Part shown: positions 41,240 to 53,481 of the stretch, piece by piece
Layout: each line of letters starts with the position of its first letter
How positions within the stretch are numbered: position 1 is the stretch's first letter
Source of the DNA: Bacteroidales bacterium
GTDB lineage: Bacteria > Bacteroidota > Bacteroidia > Bacteroidales > JACABE01
Direction of reading: 5' to 3'
DNA length: 64,000 nt
Assembly (NCBI GenBank): GCA_038204725.1
Contig: JBBRCQ010000010.1
Location: forward strand, 9,072-73,071
Made by a program: the position numbers and the translations under genes
The notes under the pieces: generated by a model
Told to the model about the DNA's origin: nothing
What the model saw: only the letters and a program-made list of their open reading frames with translations
The model's database searches: none

Positions 41240-43693
41240 ATGAAAAATATCAATTTCAAAATACTACTGCCTTATTTAACAGCCATTCTCATTTTTCTAT
41301 CAGTTAGTTTGGCCTATTTAAGTCCACTTTTAGAAGGAAAAAGTTTAAAACAGGGTGATATTGTAAGTTGGACAGGTGCTGCCAAAGAAACGACAGACTT
41401 TAGGAAAGTACATCCCGGAGAAGAACCACTATGGACCAATACGATGTTTGGAGGTATGCCCACCTATATGATCAGTCTGCTAACACCTTCCAATGATATT
41501 ATTTCATTTTTTGACAAAGGATTTAGTTTATTTGCGATACCTTCTCCAGCAAATATGATTTTTGTCTATTTTATTGGCTTTTTTATTCTGCTGTTGGTAT
41601 TAGGTGTCGATCCTTGGCTAAGCATTGTTGGTGCGCTTGCTTTTGGGTTTTCAACCTACTTCTTTATCATTATTGAAGCAGGTCATAATACAAAAGCATT
41701 AACAATTGGTTATATGGCACCCGTTTTTGCTGGAATTATCCTCACAATGAGAGGAAAATATCTATGGGGAGGAATACTTACAGCACTTTTTCTATCGCTT
41801 ATCATTAAAATGAATCATGTTCAAATGACGTATTATATGATGATTTTTGTGATCATTTATGTTATGGTTGAACTTTTTAATAAAATAAAGGAAAAACAAA
41901 TCTCAGTATTTTTTAAAGCATCTGCTGTATTGTTATTTGCAGTGATTTTGGCTTTAGGTACTAACATTACAACGCTCTGGACCAGTTATGAATATTCGAA
42001 GGACACCATTAGAGGAAAATCTGAACTCACCTCCAATGCTGATGTAAAAACAAAAGGTGTGGATTTGGATTATGCAACTCAATGGAGTTATGGAATTGAT
42101 GAAACTCTTACATTATTGATTCCTGATTTTAAAGGAGGATCTTCCAGCGGCAAATTAGGTGAAAGTTCCGAAACCTATAAAGTATTAAAACAAAATGGTG
42201 TACCAAATATCAAATCCATCACCAGTCAAATGCCTTTGTATTGGGGTCCTCAACCTTTTACTTCAGGACCGGTTTATGCAGGTGCTATCTTTATTTTCCT
42301 TTTTGTATTGGGTTTATTTATTGTAAAAACGCCTTTGAAATGGGTGTTGGTAATTGCAACCGTTTTATCTATTATGTTATCGTGGGGTAAACATTTTATG
42401 CCTCTCACACAGTTCTTTTTCGATTATTTCCCGATGTATTCCAAATTCAGAGCAGTTGCATCTATATTGGTAATTGCCGAATTGTGTATACCTTTGTTGG
42501 GTATTCTTGCCTTAAATCAAATTTTTACCAGAAAGACCGATAAATCCGACGTACTTAAATACGGAAAAATTGCACTCATTATCACGGGTGGCATTACACT
42601 TGTTTTTGCCCTGGCAGGGTCCTCCTTTTATAATTTCAAAGGTGCAGGTGATGCACAGTTACCTTATCCCGAATGGTTAATCAATGCGATAATTGCTGAC
42701 CGGAAATCAATTTTTACAATGGACTCCTGGCGTTCGCTGCTATTTATTTTGCTGGCAGCAAGTTTTATCTGGGCATTTATCGAAAACAAAATCAAAAAAG
42801 AATACATCATCACAGCATTTATCTTATTGGTTTTGATAGATATGTGGCCAGTTAACAAACGATATTTCGACAACAGTAATTTTACAAACAAAAAAAATGT
42901 TGATAAACCCTTTGTGGCTTCTGAAGCTGATTTGTTGATTCTGGAAGACAAATCGCCTAATTACAGAGTTTACAATGTAACCGTAAATCCTTTTACGGAT
43001 GCAAGTACTTCTTATTTTCACAAATCAGTAGGTGGTTATCATGCAGCTAAATTGCGTCGTTATCAGGATTTAATTGAACACCAACTCAGCAAAAACAATG
43101 TGAAAGTATTAAATATGCTGAATACAAAATATTTTATAGTTCCCGACCAGGACAAACGACCTCAGGTTCAACGCAATGTTGCAGCTTTAGGAAATGCATG
43201 GTTTGTAGATAATTATAAAATTGTAGAAAATCCTGATGCTGAAATAAATGCATTAACAGATTTTGAACCTGCAACAACTGCAATTGCAGATAAAAAATTC
43301 AGTGCGTATTTAAAAGATTTTAAAGAAGGCAAAGATTCTACATCAACCATTCAATTGATGAACTACTTACCCAATCATTTAACCTATCAGGCCAATACAA
43401 AAAAAGAGGAACTGGCAGTTTTTTCTGAAATTTATTATGACAATGGTTGGAATGCATATCTTGATGGAAAACAGCTTCCATATATCAGAGTAAATTATGT
43501 GCTCAGAGCTATGAAAATACCTCAGGGAAATCATACCATTGAATTCAAATTTGAGCCTAAAGCTTATATTACCGGTGAAAAAATAGGCTTTGCAAGTTCT
43601 GTATTGCTGTTATTGTTACTTTTGGGAATGACAACCAAAGAAATCGTTACCTATTTGAAAAAGGATAAATTGAACAAGGATAAAAGTTTATAA
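41240..43693 (+). CDS. YfhO-family polytopic membrane protein (putative glycosyl-transfer/lipid-linked glycan function)
   Basis: 817 aa with more than 12 TM in the N-terminal two-thirds and a C-terminal extracytoplasmic domain plus a final TM. Architecture and size match Bacteroidota YfhO proteins. Confidence 0.7.
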   Translation: MKNINFKILLPYLTAILIFLSVSLAYLSPLLEGKSLKQGDIVSWTGAAKETTDFRKVHPGEEPLWTNTMFGGMPTYMISLLTPSNDIISFFDKGFSLFAIPSPANMIFVYFIGFFILLLVLGVDPWLSIVGALAFGFSTYFFIIIEAGHNTKALTIGYMAPVFAGIILTMRGKYLWGGILTALFLSLIIKMNHVQMTYYMMIFVIIYVMVELFNKIKEKQISVFFKASAVLLFAVILALGTNITTLWTSYEYSKDTIRGKSELTSNADVKTKGVDLDYATQWSYGIDETLTLLIPDFKGGSSSGKLGESSETYKVLKQNGVPNIKSITSQMPLYWGPQPFTSGPVYAGAIFIFLFVLGLFIVKTPLKWVLVIATVLSIMLSWGKHFMPLTQFFFDYFPMYSKFRAVASILVIAELCIPLLGILALNQIFTRKTDKSDVLKYGKIALIITGGITLVFALAGSSFYNFKGAGDAQLPYPEWLINAIIADRKSIFTMDSWRSLLFILLAASFIWAFIENKIKKEYIITAFILLVLIDMWPVNKRYFDNSNFTNKKNVDKPFVASEADLLILEDKSPNYRVYNVTVNPFTDASTSYFHKSVGGYHAAKLRRYQDLIEHQLSKNNVKVLNMLNTKYFIVPDQDKRPQVQRNVAALGNAWFVDNYKIVENPDAEINALTDFEPATTAIADKKFSAYLKDFKEGKDSTSTIQLMNYLPNHLTYQANTKKEELAVFSEIYYDNGWNAYLDGKQLPYIRVNYVLRAMKIPQGNHTIEFKFEPKAYITGEKIGFASSVLLLLLLLGMTTKEIVTYLKKDKLNKDKSL

Positions 43694-43898
43694 TTTCGAA
43701 CTATTTTTAATTTATTTTTAAAGTCCAAAGTATAGCATTACAATACTTTGGATTTTATATTTTATTCAGTTCAATGAGATATAAATTCATTTACAAACTG
43801 CTTAAGAAATCTTAACTACCGACTTAACATTTTTTAACTAAGAAAATATAGCTAGAAAAGGGTATTCGCTTAATTTTGCTTAACAAATTTTTATAACT

Positions 43899-44894
43899 AT
43901 GACACAAACATTTGACATTAATGAATTGAACGAACGCATTCAAAGAGAAAGTGCTTTTGTTGACCTGCTTTCGATGGAAATGCGAAAAGTAATTATCGGA
44001 CAAAAACACATGGTTGAACGTTTATTGATTGGGATGTTATCAAATGGACACATTTTATTGGAAGGTGTTCCGGGATTAGCCAAAACGCTTGCCATTAATT
44101 CGCTTGCCAATGCGATTCATGCCAAATTCAGCAGAATACAGTTTACACCCGATTTATTGCCTGCCGACTTAACAGGAACTTTAATTTACAGCCAAAAGAA
44201 TGAAGAATTTATGGTCAGAAAAGGACCTATCTTTTCTAATTTTATTCTGGCTGATGAAATTAACCGTGCACCTGCAAAAGTCCAAAGTGCATTATTGGAA
44301 GCTATGCAGGAACGTCAGGTTACTATAGGGGATCAAACCTATAAACTGGAAGAACCTTTTCTTGTAATGGCTACCCAAAACCCGATAGAACAGGAAGGTA
44401 CCTACCCTTTACCGGAAGCTCAGGTGGATCGTTTTATGTTAAAAGTTATCATCACCTATCCTAAAAAAGAAGATGAAAAATTAATCATGCGTCAAAATAT
44501 CAGTAATGATTTTCCAAAAACGACACCAGTACTAAAACCTGAAGATATTATCAAAGCAAGATCCGTTTGTAGAGAAGTATATTTAGACGAAAAAATCGAA
44601 AACTATATCAGCGATATTGTTTTTGCCACCCGTTTTCCATCAGATTTTAAACTCGACAAATTCAAAGGATTAATCAGCTATGGTGCGTCACCAAGAGCCA
44701 GCATCAATCTGGCACTTGCTTCAAAAGCTTATGCATTTATAAAAAGAAGAGGCTATGTAATTCCAGAGGATGTTAGAGCTATCTGCCATGATGTGTTGCG
44801 TCACCGTATCGGATTAACTTATGAAGCTGAAGCAGAAAATATTACAACCGAAGAAATTATCAATGAAATTTTGAATACTGTTGAAGTACCTTAG
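43899..44894 (+). CDS. MoxR-family AAA+ ATPase (first gene of the Bat operon)
   Basis: 331 aa. Walker A LLEGVPGLAKT, Walker B ILADEINRA and MATQNPIEQEGTYPLPEAQVDRF. Confidence 0.9.
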   Translation: MTQTFDINELNERIQRESAFVDLLSMEMRKVIIGQKHMVERLLIGMLSNGHILLEGVPGLAKTLAINSLANAIHAKFSRIQFTPDLLPADLTGTLIYSQKNEEFMVRKGPIFSNFILADEINRAPAKVQSALLEAMQERQVTIGDQTYKLEEPFLVMATQNPIEQEGTYPLPEAQVDRFMLKVIITYPKKEDEKLIMRQNISNDFPKTTPVLKPEDIIKARSVCREVYLDEKIENYISDIVFATRFPSDFKLDKFKGLISYGASPRASINLALASKAYAFIKRRGYVIPEDVRAICHDVLRHRIGLTYEAEAENITTEEIINEILNTVEVP

Positions 44895-44897
44895 TTA

Positions 44898-45002
44898 ATT
44901 ACGAATTACGAATTACGAATCAATAATTACGAATTACGAATTACGAATTACGAATTACGAATCACGAATAAATAATTACGAATTATTAATTACAAACTTT
45001 AC
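44898..45002. repeat. Phased heptamer array, 15 units (9 perfect ATTACGA)
   Basis: Starts 4 nt after the moxR stop and fills the 131-bp spacer before the DUF58 gene. The register is maintained through degenerate units (ATCAATA, ATCACGA, ATAAATA, ATTATTA, ATTACAA). Confidence 0.95.
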
Positions 45003-45025
45003 GAACTCATTAACCAATAGCCAAA

Positions 45026-45901
45026 TTGGAAACAAGCGAATTACTCAAAAAAGTAAGAAAAATAGAAATCAAATCCCGTGGTTTGACCAATCATATCTTC
45101 TCTGGGCAATACCACAGTGCATTTAAGGGAAAAGGTATGACATTCAGCGAAGTACGGGAATACCAGTACGGTGATGATGTGCGTTCTATCGACTGGAATG
45201 TATCAGCTCGTTTGAACCATCCTTATGTAAAAATGTTCGAAGAAGAAAGGGAACTCACAGTAATGTTGCTGATTGATGTAAGTGGTTCCAATAAATTCGG
45301 AACACAAAAACAATTCAAAGAAGATCTGATCACCGAAATTGCAGCTGTACTTTCATTTTCTGCTATACAAAACAATGATAAAGTGGGTGTTATATTTTTT
45401 TCGGATAGAATTGAAAAATTCATCCCTCCCAAAAAAGGCAGTTCACATATATTACGCATCATTCGCGAATTGATTAATTTCACACCTTCAAATAGTCAAA
45501 CCAACATTGCTGAAGCGTTGCGTTATTTTTCAAACATCATCAAAAAGAAATGTACTGCATTTTTGATCAGCGATTTTATGGATACAGGTTTTGAAGATGC
45601 TATAAAAATAACTTCAAAAAAACACGATTTGGTGGCCATCAGAATTTACGATGAACTGGAATCGCAATTTCCGGATATTGGCATTGTTAAATTAAGAAAC
45701 ACTGAAGACGGAACTACACTTTGGATAGATTCATCGGATGTGCAGATTCGTAAAAATTATCAGATCTGGTGGAGACAACATGAAAAACTACTCAATGATA
45801 TTTTTGTTAAATCGGGTACTGATGAAGTTAAAATCAATACAAAGCAGGATTATGTAAAACCTTTAATGAGCTTATTCAAAAAAAGAGAAAGAAGATATTG
45901 A
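45026..45901 (+). CDS. DUF58-domain protein (MoxR partner, VWA-like)
   Basis: 291 aa with a TTG start. SGQYHSAFKGKGMTFSEVREYQYGDDVRSIDW is the DUF58 signature. Confidence 0.85.
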   Translation: METSELLKKVRKIEIKSRGLTNHIFSGQYHSAFKGKGMTFSEVREYQYGDDVRSIDWNVSARLNHPYVKMFEEERELTVMLLIDVSGSNKFGTQKQFKEDLITEIAAVLSFSAIQNNDKVGVIFFSDRIEKFIPPKKGSSHILRIIRELINFTPSNSQTNIAEALRYFSNIIKKKCTAFLISDFMDTGFEDAIKITSKKHDLVAIRIYDELESQFPDIGIVKLRNTEDGTTLWIDSSDVQIRKNYQIWWRQHEKLLNDIFVKSGTDEVKINTKQDYVKPLMSLFKKRERRY

Positions 45902-45909
45902 TCAATTAA

Positions 45910-46902
45910 ATGTATAAAATGAATAGGATTTTAAAATATATTTTTCAAAGTTTATTGATTTTTATTGCAATGCCTTTACTGGGACAAGAGGTAAGTATTG
46001 CTACAAAAATAGATACCAATGTTATTTTAATCGGAGATCAGATAAAATTAAAGTATTCTGTTACGATGCCTGCCAATTACCAGGTTGTTTTTCCAATATT
46101 TACCGATTCTTTATCCAGCAATATTGAAATTCTTAGAGTATCAGATATTGATACTGTTTTTTCTCAGGATAAATCTAAATTTACGCTCAATCAAACAATT
46201 ATCATTACTTCTTTTGATTCAGGATATTATAAAATCCCTTCTTACACATTTCTATTTAAAAGAATCAATTTCGATGCCATCAATACTGTATTTTCAGATT
46301 CACTTTTTTTAACTGTAAATACAGTAGCTGTTGATACCACACTATCTATCAAAGATATCAAAGCACCTATGGATGCACCGCTTACATTGAAAGATCTTTT
46401 ACCATTTATAGGAATGGGAGCAGGATTGATTGCCATTATTGCACTGATTGTTTATTTTATTCGCAGATACCATCGTAAGAAAAACAACTTAGGAACACCA
46501 CTCAAATCCAAAATTCCACCCTATAAAACAGCATTGCTGGATCTGGAAACATTACGGATGAAAAAACTCTGGCAAAGTGACAGGATTAAAGATTATCATT
46601 CAGAACTAACAGAAATTTTAAGGGTTTATTTTGAAAATCAATTCAATGTACAAGCACTTGAAATGACTTCAGATGAAATCATGGAAGCATTTGAAAATGT
46701 CAGCATTGATAAAAATTTAAAACTTAAACTTCAACAAATACTCACACTGGCCGATTTGGTTAAATTTGCCAAACAATTACCATTGCCCGATCAACACGAT
46801 TTAAGTTTACAAAATGCAATTCATATTGTAAAAGAAACTTCGATCGAAAACAATAAGGAAAGTATAAATACAGCAACTACTGATCAATTAAAACAAAACT
46901 AA
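45910..46902 (+). CDS. Bat-operon membrane protein (BatD-like N-domain plus DUF4381-like C-part)
   Basis: 330 aa with a signal peptide and a mid-protein TM (LLPFIGMGAGLIAIIALIVYFI). Position lies between the DUF58 gene and batA. Confidence 0.5.
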   Translation: MYKMNRILKYIFQSLLIFIAMPLLGQEVSIATKIDTNVILIGDQIKLKYSVTMPANYQVVFPIFTDSLSSNIEILRVSDIDTVFSQDKSKFTLNQTIIITSFDSGYYKIPSYTFLFKRINFDAINTVFSDSLFLTVNTVAVDTTLSIKDIKAPMDAPLTLKDLLPFIGMGAGLIAIIALIVYFIRRYHRKKNNLGTPLKSKIPPYKTALLDLETLRMKKLWQSDRIKDYHSELTEILRVYFENQFNVQALEMTSDEIMEAFENVSIDKNLKLKLQQILTLADLVKFAKQLPLPDQHDLSLQNAIHIVKETSIENNKESINTATTDQLKQN

Positions 46903-46903
46903 A

Positions 46904-47908
46904 ATGTCAGATTTATTTGGACATATTGAATTTGCAAATCCGGCATATCTCTATTTATTAGGGATCATTCCATTACTGATCATTTGGTATATTTTAAGGA
47001 ATGCAACTACATTTGCCGAAATTCAGTTTTCAAGCTTCGCCCCTTTCAAAAACGTTAAAAAAACAGCGAAACAAAAAATGTATCCGTTCTTATTTGTATT
47101 GAGAATGCTTGTAATTGCACTGTTAATACTAGTATTAGCACGACCTCAGTCAAGTTTAAGCAAAAAAAATATTTCAATTGAAGGCATAGACATTGTATTG
47201 GCATACGATATTTCGAGTAGTATGCTGGCTGAGGACTTCAAACCCAACCGGTTGGAAGCTGCACGCGATGTGGGTTTACAGTTTATCGACGGAAGACCCA
47301 ACGATAGGATTGGCTTGGTAATCTTTAGTGGTGAAGCATTTACGCAATGTCCTTTAACATCTGACCATGGAGTGTTGAAGAGTTTATTTCTGTCAGTAAA
47401 AAGTGGTATCATAGAAGACGGAACAGCGCTTGGCGATGGACTGGCAACTGCTGTTAGCAGGATAAAAGACAGCAAAGCGATCAGTAAAGTAATTATTTTA
47501 ATGACTGACGGTGTAAGTAATATGGGTTCTGTGGATCCGCTTTCGGCAGCAGAAATTGCAAAATTATTTGGTATTAGAGTGTATACAATAGGAATTGGAA
47601 CTACAGGCTTGGCACCCTACCCTTTTAATACTCCATTTGGTATTCAATATCAGAATGTAGAAGTAAAAATTGACGAAGTACTCCTCAAGCAAATTGCCAA
47701 AACTACTAAAGGCAATTATTACAGAGCAACTTCAAAAACTAAACTCACAAATATTTTTAATGAAATTGATGCCTTAGAGAAATCAAAAATTGACGTTACT
47801 GAATTCCAGAAAAAAACAGAAGAATTTTTGTATTTCATCCTATTGGCTGCATTTTTACTGACAATTGAAATTATACTTAGATATACAATTTACAGGACTA
47901 TACCATAA
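46904..47908 (+). CDS. batA: BatA, VWA-domain membrane protein
   Basis: 334 aa. N-terminal FANPAYLYLL and TM helices, VWA MIDAS DISSSM, and a C-terminal TM. Confidence 0.85.
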   Translation: MSDLFGHIEFANPAYLYLLGIIPLLIIWYILRNATTFAEIQFSSFAPFKNVKKTAKQKMYPFLFVLRMLVIALLILVLARPQSSLSKKNISIEGIDIVLAYDISSSMLAEDFKPNRLEAARDVGLQFIDGRPNDRIGLVIFSGEAFTQCPLTSDHGVLKSLFLSVKSGIIEDGTALGDGLATAVSRIKDSKAISKVIILMTDGVSNMGSVDPLSAAEIAKLFGIRVYTIGIGTTGLAPYPFNTPFGIQYQNVEVKIDEVLLKQIAKTTKGNYYRATSKTKLTNIFNEIDALEKSKIDVTEFQKKTEEFLYFILLAAFLLTIEIILRYTIYRTIP

Positions 47909-47914
47909 AAGAAC

Positions 47915-48964
47915 ATGATTAAATTTGCTGAAATATCATTTTTGTACGTTTTGCTTTTAGTGCCTTTTTTCATACTGCTGTATGGAATGATGCAACGAAA
48001 GAAAATGATGTTGCTTAAACGATTAGGTGACAAAAAACTGATAATGCGATTAATGGGGAATTATTCAAATACCCGTGTAAGATTAAAGTTTTTCTTATTA
48101 CTGCTGGCTTTCATTTTCATCATCGTAACGATGTTAAGAGTTCAGATTGGGTCAAAAATTGAAAAAGCAACCCGAAGAGGAGTTGATATCTTTATTGCAC
48201 TGGATGTATCCAACAGCATGTTGGCCGAAGATATTAAACCCAACCGACTGGAAAGATCTAAACAAGCCATTTCAAAACTAATTGATAAATTAGACAACGA
48301 TAGAATCGGAATCATTATCTTTGCAGGAAAGGCTTATGTTCAATTACCGCTTACCAATGATTATGCAGCTGCAAAAATGTTTCTCGAAACTATCAGTACC
48401 ACCGACATTAATGTTCAGGGAACAGATGTTGGAGCTGCTATTGCAAAAGCAGTTGAATCCTTTGATCAGAGCAAAAACAAAGAAACTGAAAAGAACAATA
48501 AAGCGATCATTATCATAACTGATGGCGAAAATCATGAAGAGGATGTAATTAGTCAAGCTAAAAATGCCAATTCACAAGGTATTAAAGTAAATACAATTGG
48601 CATGGGTTTATTGGAAGGAGCTCCAATTCCCTTATATGCTAACAATACACAGGGAGGATACAAAAAAGACAAAGAAGGAAACACAATTATAACTAAACTG
48701 GATGAGGCCATGCTGCAAGAAATTGCTGTTAGTGGAAACGGTGCCTATGTGAGAGCAAGTAACAGCAATGCAGGATTGCAAAACATCTTTGATGAAATTA
48801 ATAAACTCGATAAACAAGAATATGAAAGCAAAATGTTTTCGGAATATGAAGATCGCTTCCAGTATTTTGCCGCTATAGCGCTCTTATTATTACTGTTGGA
48901 AATATTTATCTATTATAGAAAAAGCAATCGATTCATGAATATCAATTTATTTGGTAAAAAATGA
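47915..48964 (+). CDS. batB: BatB, VWA-domain membrane protein
   Basis: 349 aa. MIDAS DVSNSM...TDGENH, with N- and C-terminal TM helices. Confidence 0.85.
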   Translation: MIKFAEISFLYVLLLVPFFILLYGMMQRKKMMLLKRLGDKKLIMRLMGNYSNTRVRLKFFLLLLAFIFIIVTMLRVQIGSKIEKATRRGVDIFIALDVSNSMLAEDIKPNRLERSKQAISKLIDKLDNDRIGIIIFAGKAYVQLPLTNDYAAAKMFLETISTTDINVQGTDVGAAIAKAVESFDQSKNKETEKNNKAIIIITDGENHEEDVISQAKNANSQGIKVNTIGMGLLEGAPIPLYANNTQGGYKKDKEGNTIITKLDEAMLQEIAVSGNGAYVRASNSNAGLQNIFDEINKLDKQEYESKMFSEYEDRFQYFAAIALLLLLLEIFIYYRKSNRFMNINLFGKK

Positions 48965-49656
48965 TACAAAAAATGAAGTATATATTAATGATATTTGTTA
49001 TTTTTGTCCTAACTATGAATAGTTTCTCACAAAATGAGAAAAAATTTATTCGTGAAGGGAATAAACAATATTATCAAAAAAATTACAACGATGCCGAAGT
49101 AAATTACAGGAAATCGTTATTGAAAGACAGCACGTATTTAAATGGTAAATACAACTTGGCCAATGCAATGTACAAGCAAAAAAATTATGATGAAGCCGCC
49201 AGAATCTATACCAATTTACTTGAGAATGAGAAAAATCTAAAAATCAAACCGGAAGTCTATCATAATTTAGGCAATGCGTTGTTACAAAAAAAAGAGTATG
49301 AAAAAAGCATAGACGCTTATAAGCAAGCATTAAAATACAATCCAAAAGATTTTGATACCAAATACAATCTTTCTTATGCCAGACAAATGCTGAGACAAGA
49401 ACAAAATCAAAAAAACAAAGATAACAAAGATAAAAAAGATAAAAAAGACGATAAAAAAAATCAGGACCCGAACAAAGAAAATCAACAAAAAAAACAAGAG
49501 AATAAGGATCAAAAACAACAAGAACAAAAACAGGTAAAAAAGGAAGAAGCCGAACGCATGCTTGAAGCACTTAAAAACGATGAAAAAAAGACATTGGATA
49601 AAGTGAAAAAACAAAAAGCAGTTGGTGAAAGAGGAAGATCTGAAAAAGACTGGTAG
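48961..49656 (+). CDS. batC: BatC, TPR protein with a K/Q/E/D-rich tail
   Basis: 231 aa. TPR repeats (YNLANAMYKQKNYDEA..., YHNLGNALLQKKEYEKS...) and a low-complexity basic tail. Confidence 0.8.
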   Translation: MIQKMKYILMIFVIFVLTMNSFSQNEKKFIREGNKQYYQKNYNDAEVNYRKSLLKDSTYLNGKYNLANAMYKQKNYDEAARIYTNLLENEKNLKIKPEVYHNLGNALLQKKEYEKSIDAYKQALKYNPKDFDTKYNLSYARQMLRQEQNQKNKDNKDKKDKKDDKKNQDPNKENQQKKQENKDQKQQEQKQVKKEEAERMLEALKNDEKKTLDKVKKQKAVGERGRSEKDW

Positions 49657-49661
49657 AAAAT

Positions 49662-49789
49662 AGTGAACATTAAACAGTGAACAGTAAACAGTGAACAGTG
49701 AACAGTGCTTCTGACTTCTGACTTCCGACTTAATCACCTAATCCCGAATAACTTAATAACTCTGTAATCTAATAACTCAATAACCAACA

Positions 49790-49790
<1 letters not shown>
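49662..49790. repeat. Phased heptamer arrays (AGTGAAC family x7, CTGACTT x3) followed by TTAATAAC-like octamers
   Basis: Starts 6 nt after the batC stop. Uses the same AGTGAAC unit and the same strand as the 40440 array. Fills the 133-bp batC-batD spacer. Confidence 0.95.
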
Positions 49791-51637
<1,847 letters not shown>

Positions 51638-52402
51638 ATGAAGAATATGAAAACGTTTTTGATTTCATTTTTAATAATGGTTTGCACGTTACAATTGTTT
51701 GCTCAAACCAGTGAAAGCAATATTGTTGCAGCCAATCAGGCATACACAAAAGAAAAATACAATGATGCCATTACACTTTACAACAAAGTATTGGAAAAGG
51801 GAACGGTATCTTATGAATTGTATTACAATCTGGGCAACTGCTATTATCGTATTGCCAATTATCCAATGGCTATCCTTAATTATGAAAGAGCTAAAAAATT
51901 AAATCCAGCGGATGCAGATGTTGAATTCAACCTTAGAATTACCAATACCAAAATTATTGATAAAATTGAATCTGTTCCCAAATTGTTCTTTGTGAGATGG
52001 TGGCTTATGTTATCCAATGTTTTATCTTATGATTATTGGGCTATTGTGAGCATTACATCCATCAGTTTATTTTTTATTTTTTTATTTATTTACCTGGCAT
52101 CCAATACTTACAAATTCAAAAGAACTTCGTTTTGGACCGGATTTTCAATGCTTATCTTTACAATTATTTCAATCAATTTTGCCATTACACAATACAACAA
52201 TATCAATGCCCGGAATCAGGCCATCATCTTCGCCCCTACTGTAACTGTAAAAAGTTCACCCGACGAAAAAGGTGCCGATAAATTTGTGATCCACGAAGGT
52301 ACTAAAGTTTTATTATTGGACGAATTAAACAACTGGGTGAAGATAAAAATTGCCAATGGCAGCAATGGCTGGGTTGAGAAACAAAGTTTTGAGATTATTT
52401 AA
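51638..52402 (+). CDS. batE: BatE (TPR plus TM plus SH3-like domain)
   Basis: 254 aa. TPR repeats, two TM helices, and a C-terminal SH3b-like ...NWVKIKIANGSNGWVEKQSFEII. Confidence 0.8.
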   Translation: MKNMKTFLISFLIMVCTLQLFAQTSESNIVAANQAYTKEKYNDAITLYNKVLEKGTVSYELYYNLGNCYYRIANYPMAILNYERAKKLNPADADVEFNLRITNTKIIDKIESVPKLFFVRWWLMLSNVLSYDYWAIVSITSISLFFIFLFIYLASNTYKFKRTSFWTGFSMLIFTIISINFAITQYNNINARNQAIIFAPTVTVKSSPDEKGADKFVIHEGTKVLLLDELNNWVKIKIANGSNGWVEKQSFEII

Positions 52403-52430
52403 TACCAATCTTTCACAAATTTCGCATCTC

Positions 52431-52849
52431 CTATTTCGTCTTTGTTAAACCCTGCAAAAAATATTTTGGGGAAATTGCTTTAATCTCAGAATTAGAAAAA
52501 TCTTTTTGATTTCTTGTGATGATATAATCTAAATTATTGACCCGTGACGAAACAGATTGTCTGCCATCTTCAAAATCAAGAAATGGTGAAGCTAAAGATG
52601 CTATTATTACTTCCCTGTCTATACCGATTATATTGATAATTTCTATAAGATTACTAATGAAATCAATTGTAATAGAATGTCCTTTTTCTCTTTTAGCTAT
52701 ATAATAAATATCGGTAATTGCTGTTGCAGTAACAAATCCAAATATAGTTTTATTGTTTATTTTCTTAAAAACATTTGCTGAATCTGAAAATGCGGTGCTC
52801 TCCCGAGTGCAATATCCAGAATAATATTTGTATCCAGTAATACTTTCAT
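52431..52849 (-). pseudogene. PIN-domain (VapC-like) toxin gene with a 1-nt frameshift
   Basis: ATG 52849 gives MKVLLDTNIILDIALGRAPHF, and that frame then stops. The rest of the PIN domain (SDSANVFKK...DFEDGRQ...ITRNQKDF) continues in another frame to 52431. The shift is at the A4/T4 run 52787-52790, and the 419-nt length is not a multiple of 3. Confidence 0.75.
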
Positions 52850-53076
52850 TAATTATATTTTTGAGACAAATATTGAAATTTTGAATCATCGGTATTGTCA
52901 TTGGAAAGAAAACCTGCCCATTTATTAACAAAATCAACTGAATTGTTTTCATTTGGGTTAATATAATGTTTAGGCAATATAATAATCTCAACTTCTCTGT
53001 CAATCAATTACAGATTGTCGGGTATTTGGATGATACCTTCTTTAGAAATTCGTGTTTCAAATCTATAAGCTTGCAT
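52849..53076 (-). pseudogene. AbrB/SpoVT-type antitoxin gene with a frameshift and an in-frame stop
   Basis: ATG 53076 encodes MQAYRFETRISK. An extra base in the homopolymer at 53040-43 shifts the frame. EGIIQIPDNL follows, then a TAA stop (53007-09), then LIDREVEIIILPK.... The stop overlaps the PIN ATG (TAATG). Confidence 0.65.
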
Positions 53077-53190
53077 CTTTCATTTTTTTTGTAAAGATAC
53101 TCTATTTATAATGAATATTCAAAATCACTGCTTTAATGTTTCAATTTATGAATAAAATATTTTCTTTTATATCAATGGTTTATAAATCAA

Positions 53191-53198
53191 TATCTTTG
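53191..53198 (+). promoter_or_regulatory. -7 promoter box TATCTTTG
   Basis: TAnnTTTG match 41 bp upstream of the ATG at 53239. Confidence 0.45.
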
Positions 53199-53238
53199 CA
53201 AAATGATTGTAAGAAAATTCACTTATAATTTATAATTC

Positions 53239-53456
53239 ATGCAAACAAAAATATATTCATTGCACATCCTGCAAATAACGAGCAAATAAATGTTTTAAAA
53301 ACATTGTTAAATGCCCTCAAAATTAAATTCGAGATCACCACTTCTAAACCGGAAAAACCTTATGATCCTAATTTTGCGGATAAAATTAAAGAAAGTAGCA
53401 AACAATATAAAGATGGCAATTTCACTGTAATTAAAACAGAAGATTTATTGAAATAA
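53239..53456 (+). pseudogene. DUF2683-like small protein gene, ATG out of frame with the conserved body
   Basis: The body frame reads ..NKNIFIAHPANNEQINVLKTLLNALKIKFEITTSKPEKPYDPNFADKIKESSKQYKDGNFTVIKTEDLLK*. The only ATG (53239) is in a different reading frame and stops after 16 codons. An A5 run at 53246-50 is the likely indel site. Confidence 0.45.
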
Positions 53457-53481
53457 CCTATACCCAAAAAGCCACAGAGGA

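Noticed and set aside
49244-49737. Two minus-strand ORFs (108 and 135 aa) antisense to the batC tail
   Set aside because: They are low-complexity F/L/I-rich translations of the complement of the K/Q/E-rich batC tail and the heptamer array, and so are artefacts.
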